From an uncultured Treponema sp. (GTDB taxonomy: Bacteria; Spirochaetota; Spirochaetia; Treponematales; Treponemataceae): a stretch of DNA of 64,000 nucleotides. The DNA lies in NCBI GenBank assembly GCA_937877535.1, contig CALFJF010000060.1, positions 250 to 64,249 of the forward strand, read 5' to 3'. The notes under the pieces are model-generated. The model searched no databases and was not told the origin of the DNA. It was given only the letters and a program-made list of their open reading frames with translations. How positions within the stretch are numbered: the stretch's first letter is position 1; every line of letters begins with the position of its first letter. Shown here in pieces: positions 1 through 8,703 of the stretch. The translations under genes and the position numbers were made by a program.

Positions 1-224
1 ACCTTGCCGCAATCATCGGCGAGGAGGAGCTTGGAAAAGAGGACAGGATGTACTTGAAGTTCGGCGAGGAGCTTGAGTCGAAGTTCTTCACGCAGGGCGA
101 GCACGAGAACCGCTCGATTGCCGAGACGCTCGACCTCGGCTGGAGGCTTCTCAAGATTCTTCCGAGGAACGAGCTCTACCGAATCAAGCCTGAGCTTATC
201 GAAAAGTACATGCCCAAGGACTAG
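1..224 (+). CDS. atpB: V-type ATP synthase subunit B, C-terminal fragment (5' end outside window)
   Basis: The frame is open from the window edge to TAG at 222-224. The translated tail [73 protein letters not shown] looks like the conserved C-terminus of A/V-type ATPase B subunits. The subunit D gene starts 3 nt later. Confidence 0.8.
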   Translation, partial: LAAIIGEEELGKEDRMYLKFGEELESKFFTQGEHENRSIAETLDLGWRLLKILPRNELYRIKPELIEKYMPKD

Positions 225-227
225 CGT

Positions 228-848
228 ATGGCAAAGCTGAACATTGCGCCCACAAAGTCGAACCTGCTTGCAATCAAGGAGCAGTTGAGCGTTGCCGAGG
301 ACGGCTACGACCTTTTGGAGCAGAAGCGCGAAATTCTTGTCATGGAACTCATGCGGATGGTCGAGAAGGTGAAACTTTTGGAGCGCGAAATCGACCGCGC
401 CCTTGAAAAAGCGTACCCCGCGCTCCGCAAAATGCTTATGACGGTGGGTGGCGACCGCGCCGAGCGAATTGCGCACGCGGTCAAGTACGACTTCAACATG
501 AAGGAAACGTCCGTGACGGCGGGCGGCATGACGTTTAGTTCAATCGACGTGGAGTTGCCCCAGCAGCAACTTTTCTACTCGTTTTTGGGGACGTTTGCCG
601 ACAGCGACAAGGTGATGGTCGAGTTTTTCAATTTGCTCAAATTGCTTACCGAAATGGCGTCAATCAGAACGATTGCGTGGAGACTTGCCGTGGAAGTGAA
701 AAAAACACAACGCCGCGTAAACGCGCTCGACAAGATGATAATCCCGCAAAACCGCGAGACAAAAGCGTACATCGAGAGCGTGCTTGAAGAGCGCGACCGC
801 GAAAACGTGTTCGTGCTCAAGTCGCTCAAAAATCGCAAAGGACGGTAG
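228..848 (+). CDS. atpD: V-type ATP synthase subunit D
   Basis: 206-aa ORF. The N-terminus MAKLNIAPTKSNLLAIKEQL and the long helical, charged body are typical of A/V-ATPase D (central stalk). It lies directly after subunit B. Confidence 0.9.
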   Translation: MAKLNIAPTKSNLLAIKEQLSVAEDGYDLLEQKREILVMELMRMVEKVKLLEREIDRALEKAYPALRKMLMTVGGDRAERIAHAVKYDFNMKETSVTAGGMTFSSIDVELPQQQLFYSFLGTFADSDKVMVEFFNLLKLLTEMASIRTIAWRLAVEVKKTQRRVNALDKMIIPQNRETKAYIESVLEERDRENVFVLKSLKNRKGR

Positions 849-862
849 GAGAAAATAGGCAA

Positions 863-1351
863 ATGGTAAAGTCGCTTTTTCAGAAAATTATTGTTGCGGT
901 AAACGGTTCGGAGCAGTCGCTTTCTGCGGCGATGTACGCAATCATGATGGCAAAGCAATACGGTTGCGAGTTAAAAGCGGTGTACGTGGTGGACACGGCG
1001 ACGCTCAAGCAACTGGAGTTGTTGCGATTTTTATATTCAGAGGAAAGAAATCGGTACGAAGAAAAATTGCTTTCCGATGGGAAGCGCAATTTGTCGCTCG
1101 TCAGTCGTCTTGCTGCCGAGAAAAAAGTCAAAGTCGAGGAAGAATTGTGTAGCGGTGCGGTTTGGTCTGAAATTGTGCGCGCTGCCGACGATTTTTCTGC
1201 CGATTTGATTTTGCTTGGCGGAAAAACGGCAAACGGTTCTTCTCGGCATGACCGTGTTTCTAGCGCGAATTCGGAAATAATCGGTTCGGCTTCAAAAAAC
1301 GTACTCGTCGTAAAAGAAATCGACATTGAAAAAAAATTCCGCATTTTGTAA
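863..1351 (+). CDS. universal stress protein family protein
   Basis: 162 aa. IIVAVNGSEQS ... AVYVVD ... DLILLGG ... GSASKNVLVV follows the UspA / adenine-nucleotide alpha-hydrolase pattern. Confidence 0.8.
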   Translation: MVKSLFQKIIVAVNGSEQSLSAAMYAIMMAKQYGCELKAVYVVDTATLKQLELLRFLYSEERNRYEEKLLSDGKRNLSLVSRLAAEKKVKVEEELCSGAVWSEIVRAADDFSADLILLGGKTANGSSRHDRVSSANSEIIGSASKNVLVVKEIDIEKKFRIL

Positions 1352-1367
1352 AAAAATCCTGCAAAAA

Positions 1368-1399
1368 CAAAGGGGGCTAAAAAAGTCCCCTTGTTTTTT
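1368..1399 (+). terminator. rho-independent terminator after the usp gene
   Basis: CAAAGGGGG (1368-1376) pairs with CCCCTTG (1387-1393) and is followed by a T-run at 1394-1399. Confidence 0.55.
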
Positions 1400-1416
1400 A
1401 AACTCAAAAGCGATGT

Positions 1417-1465
1417 GTGGTTTCGACGTTGCTCAACCTCCGCAGCGTTTGCTCAACCTCCGAAG
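1417..1465 (-). repeat. partial, inverted copy of the REP-like element seen at 6025-6097 and 48594-48664, with a tandem 19-nt duplication
   Basis: The reverse complement reads GGAGGTTGAGCAAACGCTGCGGAGGTTGAGCAACGTCGAAACCAC. Compare GGAAGTTGAGCCTGTCGAAACCACC at 48590-48614. The unit GTT(T)GCTCAACCTCCG occurs twice in tandem (1428-1446 and 1447-1465). Confidence 0.45.
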
Positions 1466-1861
1466 AGTTTGTGCGATTTTTTTTGAAAAAAAGACAAACG
1501 CGATTGCGCCAAAAATGGCTCCGATTGTGTCAAAAATCCAGTCGCCTGCGCTTGCGCTTCGCGTTGGAACAAAACTTTGGTGGATTTCGTCGATTACGCC
1601 GTACACCGACACGATGAGCGACGAAAGAGCCACGTCTTTTTTTGACTGTGCGCTGATTCCAAACGAAACCCAAAACGCCAAGCCCGCAAAGCAAATCGTG
1701 TGAACGAGTTTGTCAGCGTTCCAAAACGAAGGCATTTGCTCAATTCGCTCCAAACTCGAAAGATGCCAACTCGTTGCAAAAATCAACGCCGCAGGAATCG
1801 ATTTGAGCGTTTCGAGTGCCACAAAAAGTCCTTTTTTCATTTTTTTTGCCTTTTTACGCAA
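1433..1861 (-). CDS. VanZ-like family membrane protein
   Basis: 142 aa and hydrophobic. DKLVHTICFAGLAFW ... DEIHQSFVPTRSASAGDWIFDTIGAIFG matches the VanZ-like signature. Its start overlaps the stop of the upstream hydrogenase-like gene by 8 nt. Confidence 0.7.
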   Translation of the reverse strand: MRKKAKKMKKGLFVALETLKSIPAALIFATSWHLSSLERIEQMPSFWNADKLVHTICFAGLAFWVSFGISAQSKKDVALSSLIVSVYGVIDEIHQSFVPTRSASAGDWIFDTIGAIFGAIAFVFFSKKIAQTLRRLSKRCGG

Positions 1862-3395
1862 TTTCGCCTTTGATAACGTCGTCCATGTTGCATTTTACGG
1901 GGAATCCGTCTGGAGCGGGTTTGCTTCCTGCGTTTGCGTACAAATTGAGAAGTCCCGCGCCGAGTTTTGGATTTGTTACAACCGAAGGACCTGCAATGCA
2001 CCCGCCTTCGCACGCCATAACCTCAATGAGATTCGGGCAATCCGCGGGAGATGGCGAGGTTCCAACGTTGATTTTTCCGTAATTTGAAAGTTGCTTCATG
2101 CCCGCTTTGTCGAGTCCGTCGATTACAACGGGTTTCAAAATTGCCTTGTATTCGTCGGAAAGTCGAATCCGAACGCTCTCGGCGACTCCGCCCGTTTTTG
2201 CAAAATTGCGCCCGCTCACCGTGGGAATGTATTTTGAAACGCTTGGCTCTGCTTTTGCCACGTCAACTCCTTTTGCGATAAAAAGCGCGTTCACTTCTTC
2301 CACGGAAAGCACGTAGTCAACGAGGTCGGAGTCGAATCCTTCGCGCCTTTTTGCAAGGCACGGACCGATGAAAACCGTGATGCACTCAGGTTCGGCTTTT
2401 TTTGCAAGTTCTGCGGTGTAAATCATTGGAGATTTTGTTTCGCTTATGCACGAAGAAAGTTCTGGAACGTGGACATTTACCGCGCGAACGTAGGCGGGGC
2501 AACAACTCGTTGTCATCATTTTGTCGCCTCGCTCCATTCGTTCTGCATATTCTGCCGCTTCTTTGTCCGCCGTAATGTCCGCTCCAATAGCAACTTCCCA
2601 AACGCGACTAAATCCCGCCGCTTTCATTGCGCCTTCAAATTGACCAGATTTTGCGCGGAATTGCGCTCCGATTGCAGGTGCGTAAAGAGCGACGACTTTT
2701 TTTCCGTTCATAATGTGCTTGATTACGTCAAAAAGTTGCGATTTGTCCATCATCGCGCTGAACGGGCAGTTTGACATACATTTTCCGCAAAAAATGCACT
2801 TTTCGTAGTCGATTTTTTCGCGCCCATCTTCGCCTTTTGAAATCGCGCCGACTGGACAGGCTTCTTCGCAAGGAATTACCGTTTTGATGATTGCGTGGTA
2901 CGGACAGTTTTGTGCGCACAGTCCGCAACTTATGCACTTTGACCAGTCAATCGTTGCGCGATGATTTATGATTTCTATGGCTTTTTTGGGGCAGTTTATT
3001 TTACACGGACGCGCAAAACAGCCTTGGCAAGCGTCCGTTGGAAAAAAACGCGGTTTTACGCAGGCGTGGCACGCGCTCTGAATCATCGTGAGCATCGGCC
3101 ATGTCGGTTTTTCGCGCTCGTAGGCGAGTTTTACCCAATCGCGGAGCGGTTTTTTTGGGTCGTAATCTTCCACGGAGTGCCCAAGGCGCGCGATAATTCT
3201 TGTGCGAACGATGTCGCGGTCGTCTTCAATCGTTGCGCGAATCGGGACGCTTCCGTCTGGAATCAATTCGGCTGGGATTTTTTCGATTTCGTCCACCGTC
3301 TTTTCGTCCAAAAGTTTCCCTTCGAGTTGCAATTTCGCGATTCGTACCAAAATATCGCGTTTGAGCGTGGCAGCGTTGTTATTTGTGTTTAACAT
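1854..3395 (-). CDS. monomeric [FeFe]-hydrogenase-like iron-sulfur protein
   Basis: 513 aa. It has several CxxCxxCxxxCP ferredoxin-type motifs (CISCGLCAQNCP, CIFCGKCMSNCP). H-cluster-like motifs are also present: TTSCCPAY, IGPCLAKRRE, MACEGGCIAGP. Confidence 0.8.
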   Translation of the reverse strand: MLNTNNNAATLKRDILVRIAKLQLEGKLLDEKTVDEIEKIPAELIPDGSVPIRATIEDDRDIVRTRIIARLGHSVEDYDPKKPLRDWVKLAYEREKPTWPMLTMIQSACHACVKPRFFPTDACQGCFARPCKINCPKKAIEIINHRATIDWSKCISCGLCAQNCPYHAIIKTVIPCEEACPVGAISKGEDGREKIDYEKCIFCGKCMSNCPFSAMMDKSQLFDVIKHIMNGKKVVALYAPAIGAQFRAKSGQFEGAMKAAGFSRVWEVAIGADITADKEAAEYAERMERGDKMMTTSCCPAYVRAVNVHVPELSSCISETKSPMIYTAELAKKAEPECITVFIGPCLAKRREGFDSDLVDYVLSVEEVNALFIAKGVDVAKAEPSVSKYIPTVSGRNFAKTGGVAESVRIRLSDEYKAILKPVVIDGLDKAGMKQLSNYGKINVGTSPSPADCPNLIEVMACEGGCIAGPSVVTNPKLGAGLLNLYANAGSKPAPDGFPVKCNMDDVIKGEIA

Positions 3396-3523
3396 TCCGT
3401 ACCTCTTTTTGCGGGATTTGCATTTGACTGTTTGCTTCCCGCTTGATTTAGTTTTGCTATTATACCATGATTTTTATTTGACTTGTTCTAAAACTGAACT
3501 TTTTGAAAAATGGTTGGGCAAAA

Positions 3524-4264
3524 ATGGAAAATCCGTACAAAATCCTTGGAGTAAAAAACGGTTCGAGCATTTCTGAAATAAAGCGGGCGTATCGAGCAAA
3601 GGCAAAATTATTGCATCCTGATTCTGGAAACACAAAGGATTCTGCCGCGTTCCGAGAATTGCAGGCGGCTTACGAACTTCTTTCGGACACAAAATCAAAA
3701 AGTTTGTTTGACGAGTCGTTTGCGATGCACAAACGCGAAAAAAATACAAAAACTTGGGATTATCGCACTTGGCTTCTTTCGCGAGATGATGACGAAAGCG
3801 CGGCAAAACTCATTTTTTTTGATTTAATGCACGCTCGCGAAGACGATTCCGTTTTGGAGTTCAAAAAGGCAATAAAAGAACGCGCCAATTTTCGGCTTTC
3901 TGCTCATTTTTCCCGTGGCGATTTTATGGATTACGGATTTATTCTTTGCGAGGAACTTGTTTTGAGAAGCGAATATTACGACGCTTTTCTTTTGCTCGAA
4001 CAAATTATAAAAATGGAAAAAGCGCACGAATATTTTCGCCATTTTTTTCCAGAGGTCATGGATTTGGCTCGCTCGATTTTGAAAACGCACATCGAACATT
4101 CCGTTCCAGACGAACTCGCGCTTGATTCTTGGGAGCGTGCGCTTGAACTCGGTTTTGGAAAAAAAGACGATGCGTTTTTTTTGATGAAAATGGCAGGCGC
4201 GTACCGAAGAATCGGCGATGAACGAACCGCAAGAATCTGCGAGGAAGAATCAAAAAGAATGTAA
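3524..4264 (+). CDS. J-domain (DnaJ-like) protein
   Basis: MENPYKILGVKNGSSISEIKRAYRAKAKLLHPD carries the HPD motif and is followed by a helical C-terminal region. The tracked ORF starts at 3503; I prefer the ATG at 3524. Confidence 0.75.
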   Translation: MENPYKILGVKNGSSISEIKRAYRAKAKLLHPDSGNTKDSAAFRELQAAYELLSDTKSKSLFDESFAMHKREKNTKTWDYRTWLLSRDDDESAAKLIFFDLMHAREDDSVLEFKKAIKERANFRLSAHFSRGDFMDYGFILCEELVLRSEYYDAFLLLEQIIKMEKAHEYFRHFFPEVMDLARSILKTHIEHSVPDELALDSWERALELGFGKKDDAFFLMKMAGAYRRIGDERTARICEEESKRM

Positions 4265-4354
4265 AACTCAAAAAAAATTCGCCCGTGGAACAAAGACTCA
4301 AAAAGGTTTATGATAAAAATCGAAACAGCCAATTTTTTTTTGGAGAAAAGGGTT

Positions 4355-5125
4355 ATGATTCGCTTAAAAAACGAAAAAGAAATCGAAGGAATTAGAAAAT
4401 CGTGCCACGCGCTCGCTGACCTTTTTAGATTTGTGATTCCGCAAGTAAAAATCGGCATGACCACAAAGGAAATCGACGATTTGTGTGTTGATTTTATCAA
4501 AAAAGTCGGCGGAAAACCCGCTTGGTATCGCGAGGATTTTCCTGGGGCTGCGTGCATTTCAATAAACGACGAGGTTATTCACGGGATTCCGTCAAAAAAG
4601 AGAGTTGTGCGCGACGGCGACATCGTATCTTTGGACATTGGAATCGATTTGAACGGCTACATTTCAGATTCAACGCACACCGTTATGGTTGGAAATGTTC
4701 GTCCAGAAATCAAACGGCTTGTAAAAGCAACGCGCGAGGCGTTGGCTGCAGGAATCGCCGCGTGCGTTGTGGGAAATAGAATCCGCGACATTTCAAACGC
4801 GGTGAACGGCGTTGCAAACGGACAGTACGGTTTTGGCGTTGTGTACGAATATTGCGGGCACGGCGTGGGACTCGACGTTCACGAAGACCCAAGCGTTCCA
4901 AATTGTCCAGAAAGCGGTCCAAATCCGCGGATTCAAGCGGGAATGGTGCTTGCAATCGAACCGATGATAAATCTGGGAACTGCGGACGTAAAACTGGCAA
5001 AGGACGGTTGGACGGTTTTGACGGCAGACGGCAAGTGTTCGGCGCACGAAGAGCATACAATCGCCGTTTTTAAGGACCACAACGAAGTTCTCACCGAATG
5101 TACGGGGCTTCCTGATTGGGCGTAA
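4355..5125 (+). CDS. map: type I methionine aminopeptidase
   Basis: Motifs VIHGIPS, VSLDIG, YCGHGVGLDVHE, LAIEPM and AHEEHTI are present. The tracked ORF starts at 4310; MIRLKNEKEIEGIRKS at 4355 is the usual Map N-terminus. Confidence 0.9.
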   Translation: MIRLKNEKEIEGIRKSCHALADLFRFVIPQVKIGMTTKEIDDLCVDFIKKVGGKPAWYREDFPGAACISINDEVIHGIPSKKRVVRDGDIVSLDIGIDLNGYISDSTHTVMVGNVRPEIKRLVKATREALAAGIAACVVGNRIRDISNAVNGVANGQYGFGVVYEYCGHGVGLDVHEDPSVPNCPESGPNPRIQAGMVLAIEPMINLGTADVKLAKDGWTVLTADGKCSAHEEHTIAVFKDHNEVLTECTGLPDWA

Positions 5126-5143
5126 AACGCTTTTGATTTTGAA

Positions 5144-5168
5144 TTGACCGATTTTGAAAATCAGTCAA
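5144..5168. promoter_or_regulatory. 25-bp near-perfect palindrome upstream of tpiA (candidate operator)
   Basis: In TTGACCGATTTTGAAAATCAGTCAA, 11 of 12 positions pair around a central G. It lies in the map-tpiA intergenic region, and no T-run follows it. Confidence 0.3.
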
Positions 5169-5219
5169 AAATAGAAAAACGATAATCGAATTTTTTGAAT
5201 TCAAACCAAGGAGAAAAAA

Positions 5220-5969
5220 ATGGCAAGAACGCATTACATTGCGGGAAACTGGAAGATGAACACAAATCGAGCGGAGGCGGTAAAACTCGCGGAGGATTTG
5301 GTCGGCGCGTTAAAAGGAAAGACAAACAAATTCATGGTGGGAGTTCCTTTTATTTACTTGGACGCGGTGGCGAACGTTTTGAAAGGTTCAAACATTTTGC
5401 TTGGAGCGCAAGACGTGGCGGCAACAAAAAACGGGGCGCATACGGGCGAAGTTTCTGCGGAAATGCTCAAAGACATTGGCGTTTCTGTGGTCATTTTGGG
5501 ACATTCTGAACGACGGCACGAAATCGGCGAAAGCGATGAGTTGATTAACAAAAAAGTTCGTCGCGCTCTTTCGGCGGGGCTTGAAGTTGTGCTTTGCATT
5601 GGGGAACTTTTGAGCGAGCGCGAGGCGGGAGAAGCGGAAAGCGTGTGCGCTTTTCAACTTTCTGCAGGACTTTCTGGCGTGAGTGCGGAGCAAATGAAAA
5701 ACGTAACGATTGCTTACGAGCCTGTGTGGGCAATTGGAACGGGAAAAACGGCGACTCCAGAAGATGCCGAAAAAATCCACAAATTTTGCCGCGACCACAT
5801 TGCGCATCTTTACGGGCAAAAAATCGCTGACGAAACGATTATTCAATACGGCGGTTCAATGAAAGCGTCAAACGCGGCAGAACTTCTTGCGCAGCCGAAT
5901 ATCGACGGCGGTTTAATCGGCGGTGCGTCGCTCAAAGCAGAAACGTTTGAGCCAATTTGCGCAATTTAG
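5220..5969 (+). CDS. tpiA: triosephosphate isomerase
   Basis: 249 aa with NWKMN, AYEPVWAIGTGKTA and GGASLK motifs. A GGAGA Shine-Dalgarno sequence lies upstream. Confidence 0.95.
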   Translation: MARTHYIAGNWKMNTNRAEAVKLAEDLVGALKGKTNKFMVGVPFIYLDAVANVLKGSNILLGAQDVAATKNGAHTGEVSAEMLKDIGVSVVILGHSERRHEIGESDELINKKVRRALSAGLEVVLCIGELLSEREAGEAESVCAFQLSAGLSGVSAEQMKNVTIAYEPVWAIGTGKTATPEDAEKIHKFCRDHIAHLYGQKIADETIIQYGGSMKASNAAELLAQPNIDGGLIGGASLKAETFEPICAI

Positions 5970-6024
5970 ATAAAATCTGGTGAGAAAAATCGAAGATGTT
6001 ACAAAATTTATGCTGGAAGTGGTG

Positions 6025-6097
6025 GTTGAACCTGTCGAAACCACCAATTTCTTACTTTATGGAGTTTTCGATACGACCTTCGGTCTACTCAATCACC
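6025..6097 (+). repeat. REP-like element, copy A
   Basis: GTTGAACCTGTCGAAACCACCA...TTTCGATACGACCTTCGGTCTACTCAATCACC. A second copy in the same orientation lies at 48594-48664. It contains the hairpin GGTGGTT...AACCACC (6021-6045). It also gives the spurious 60-aa ORF 5980-6162. Confidence 0.6.
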
Positions 6098-6232
6098 GTA
6101 TTTTAAGCATACTTTTGATAACACCATCAGAAAATCGATTTTCAAAATGGTCTATTTTTTGAAAATCGAAAAAATGACGCGCTAACAAAATGTTTTTGTA
6201 ACGCGCCAATGGTTTAAATCGTTATTTTTATA

Positions 6233-6275
6233 AACGCCCCGCGTGCGGACGGTTTGCCGACGCGGGGCGTTTTTG
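6233..6275 (+). terminator. strong rho-independent terminator upstream of htrA
   Basis: AACGCCCCGCG (6233-6243) pairs with CGCGGGGCGTT (6261-6271), followed by TTTTT. Confidence 0.7.
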
Positions 6276-6317
6276 TTAGATTAAAATCGATTTTAATCGA
6301 AAATCTTTGGAGGTTTT

Positions 6318-7811
6318 ATGAAAAAAATTGCAAAATACGCGCTTCTTTCCACAGCGGCAAGTGCGCTTGCGTTTTCATTTGTGGCACTTTCTTGTCGGAG
6401 AGTTGAGGTAAAAGGAACGGCGGACACGGCTTTTGCTGAAACGCCACGCTCTGCCGCAGTTTCAATTCCTCGCGACGCGCTAAACGTTGTGGAGGCTTTG
6501 CAATCTTCGTTTCGTGCAATCAGTTCTGGCGTTCTTCCTTCGGTTGTAGAAATCGACGTTACTGAAAAAACAACCGTTTCTTCGTCCCCGTTTGACGACC
6601 TTCCGTTTTTCTTTTTTGGCGTTCCAAATCAAGGCGAGCGCGGTGGCAGAACGCGAGAGCGTGTGCAGCAAGGACTTGGCTCTGGCGTAATCGTTCGGAG
6701 GGCGGAAAATACGTTTTACGTCCTTACGAATAACCACGTTGCAGGAAAAGCGGACGAAATCAAAGTGAAATTGAACGACGGACGCGAGTTTGGCGCAAAA
6801 CTTGTTGGCGCGGACGAGCGACAAGACATCGCGCTTGTTTCTTTTGAGTCAAAAGACAACGAGGGAATTGTTGTTGCAAAATTGGGAGATTCGGACGCGG
6901 TGCAAACGGGCGACATTTGTCTTGCAATGGGAGCACCGTTAGGATACAGCCAGTCGGTTACGCAAGGAATCGTAAGCGCGACGGGGCGAAGTGGCACTCA
7001 AATCGGCAACATGAACGATTTTATTCAAACCGACGCGGCAATCAATCAAGGAAATTCGGGCGGTCCGCTTGTAAACATTTACGGAGAAGTCATCGGAATC
7101 AATACCTGGATTGCGTCTAATTCTGGTGGTAGCGTGGGACTTGGATTTTCGATTCCGATAAATTCGATTAAACGCGCGATTGACGATTTTATTTCTAAAG
7201 GCAAGATTTCTTATGGCTGGCTTGGCGTTTCGCTTGCTGACATTACGGACAATTACAAAGAGGCTTTGGGCATAAAAGGGCAAAATGGCGCGTTTGCTTC
7301 TCAAGTCTTCCTTGATTCACCTGCGCATTTAGGCGGAATGCAAGCGGGCGATTTTATAATCGAGTTGAACGGACGCGCGGTAAAAGGTCAAAACGACCTT
7401 GTTCGCGAAGTCGGTTATCTTCCAGCGGGAGAAACTGCGAATTTTAAGGTTATCCGTGGCGGAAAAACGGTTTCGCTTTCCGTAAAAATCACAGAAAGAA
7501 CAAAAGACGCGGGCAACGATAACGCAAAACTCTGGCCAGGCTTTATTGCTTCTCCGCTTACTGACGAAGTTCGTAAAGAACTCAAAATCGACGATAAAGT
7601 GAAAGGCGTTGCGGTTTCAAATGTTCTCGAAAAATCGCCTGCCGCAGCACTGCGAATCCAAAATGGCGACGTAATTACGGCGGTCAACGACAAAAAAGTT
7701 ACAAACGTTTCCGAGTTCTACGACGCGCTCGACCTTTCTAAAAACAAAGAAATCTGGTTTGACGTTTACAACGAAGGACACACGATTTCAACTGGACGAT
7801 ATAAGTTCTAA
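6318..7811 (+). CDS. htrA: HtrA/DegP-family periplasmic serine protease with two PDZ domains
   Basis: 497 aa with a signal peptide. The triad context is TNNHV, DIALV and GNSGGPL. Two PDZ-like segments sit in the C-terminal half. Confidence 0.9.
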   Translation: MKKIAKYALLSTAASALAFSFVALSCRRVEVKGTADTAFAETPRSAAVSIPRDALNVVEALQSSFRAISSGVLPSVVEIDVTEKTTVSSSPFDDLPFFFFGVPNQGERGGRTRERVQQGLGSGVIVRRAENTFYVLTNNHVAGKADEIKVKLNDGREFGAKLVGADERQDIALVSFESKDNEGIVVAKLGDSDAVQTGDICLAMGAPLGYSQSVTQGIVSATGRSGTQIGNMNDFIQTDAAINQGNSGGPLVNIYGEVIGINTWIASNSGGSVGLGFSIPINSIKRAIDDFISKGKISYGWLGVSLADITDNYKEALGIKGQNGAFASQVFLDSPAHLGGMQAGDFIIELNGRAVKGQNDLVREVGYLPAGETANFKVIRGGKTVSLSVKITERTKDAGNDNAKLWPGFIASPLTDEVRKELKIDDKVKGVAVSNVLEKSPAAALRIQNGDVITAVNDKKVTNVSEFYDALDLSKNKEIWFDVYNEGHTISTGRYKF

Positions 7812-7825
7812 CATCAAAAAATGTT

Positions 7826-7854
7826 TGCCGCGCAAAAAAGCGCGGCATTTTTTT
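7826..7854 (+). terminator. rho-independent terminator after htrA
   Basis: TGCCGCG (7826-7832) pairs with CGCGGCA (7841-7847), followed by TTTTTTT. Confidence 0.7.
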
Positions 7855-7860
7855 GTGCCG

Positions 7861-7890
7861 TTGACCAACGAAAGAAAAATCGGGTAAAAT
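7861..7890 (+). promoter_or_regulatory. sigma70-type promoter candidate for rplU-prp-rpmA
   Basis: TTGACC (7861-7866), an 18-nt spacer, then TAAAAT (7885-7890). This leaves about a 60-nt leader before the rplU ATG. Confidence 0.45.
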
Positions 7891-7957
7891 GCTTTTTAAT
7901 TTTATGTTGAGCCGTGAGAGTTCCGTTACACTTTGCGGCGTAAAAAAGAGGTTTTTA

Positions 7958-8269
7958 ATGTACGCACTTTTTGAATACAAGGGCAAGCAGTACAAAGCGG
8001 AGAAGGACGCGCGGATTTTGGTGGACAAACTCGACGCGGAAAAAGGGGCAAAAATCGACATTGACACGGTTTTGCTCGTTTCTGGTGATGACGGCGTAAA
8101 AGTCGGCTCTCCGTATGTTTCTGGCGCAAAAGTTCAGGTTGTGGTGGAAGATTCCGTCCGCGATAAAAAAGTTCTCGTCTTAAAGTACAAGAGCAAAAAG
8201 GATTATCGCCGCTTGATTGGGCATCGGCAAGAGTACACTGCCGTAAAAGTTGAGTCAATCATAGGTTAA
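7958..8269 (+). CDS. rplU: 50S ribosomal protein L21
   Basis: The N-terminus is MYALFEYKGKQYKAEKD, and AAGAGG lies upstream of the ATG at 7958. The tracked ORF start at 7889 is an upstream extension. Confidence 0.9.
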   Translation: MYALFEYKGKQYKAEKDARILVDKLDAEKGAKIDIDTVLLVSGDDGVKVGSPYVSGAKVQVVVEDSVRDKKVLVLKYKSKKDYRRLIGHRQEYTAVKVESIIG

Positions 8270-8293
8270 AATAATAGTTTACATGATGTATAT

Positions 8294-8701
8294 ATGATAA
8301 TCGTAGAACTTTCTTGTAGCAGTTCGGGTGCGGTAAAAAAATGTCAAGTTAACGGACACGCTCGTTTTGCAAAGAAAGGAAACGACATCGTATGTGCGGC
8401 TGTTACGGTTTTGCTTAGAACTGCCTGTGCGCTTCTTTCGTCGCTTTGCGAAAAATGCGAGAAAGAAGAGCGGGTTTGTTTTAAGTCGGAGGCGAATCGG
8501 CGCGGAGAACTTTCTTTTTGCGTCGATTTTGAAAATGGAGAGATTTCTCCTCTTGTTGAGGAGCGACTTCGGTGCATCGCGGATTTTATTCGCATGGGAA
8601 TCGAATCTCTCCAAAAGGAATTTCCCGAAAACGTTTTTCTAAAAGTCCATTGTATCGAGGAAACTGTTTTGGGAAAAAATCTGAATAATGTGGAGGCGTA
8701 A
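8294..8701 (+). CDS. prp: ribosomal-processing cysteine protease Prp (YsxB family)
   Basis: 135 aa, positioned between rplU and rpmA. In [19 protein letters not shown] the His and Cys lie 12 residues apart, as in characterised Prp. Confidence 0.85.
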   Translation: MIIVELSCSSSGAVKKCQVNGHARFAKKGNDIVCAAVTVLLRTACALLSSLCEKCEKEERVCFKSEANRRGELSFCVDFENGEISPLVEERLRCIADFIRMGIESLQKEFPENVFLKVHCIEETVLGKNLNNVEA

Positions 8702-8703
8702 AA

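Noticed and set aside
1854-3395. Hydrogenase gene cluster or novel redox module (the hydrogenase-like gene with VanZ and Usp neighbours)
   Set aside because: No maturase (hydE/F/G) or electron-transfer partner genes are in the window. The neighbours are unrelated by known function, and the adjacency alone does not support a system.
3396-3502. Divergent promoter region between the hydrogenase-like gene and the J-domain gene (two TTGACT hexamers)
   Set aside because: Neither TTGACT has a convincing -10 hexamer at 16-18 nt spacing, so no promoter could be supported from sequence alone.
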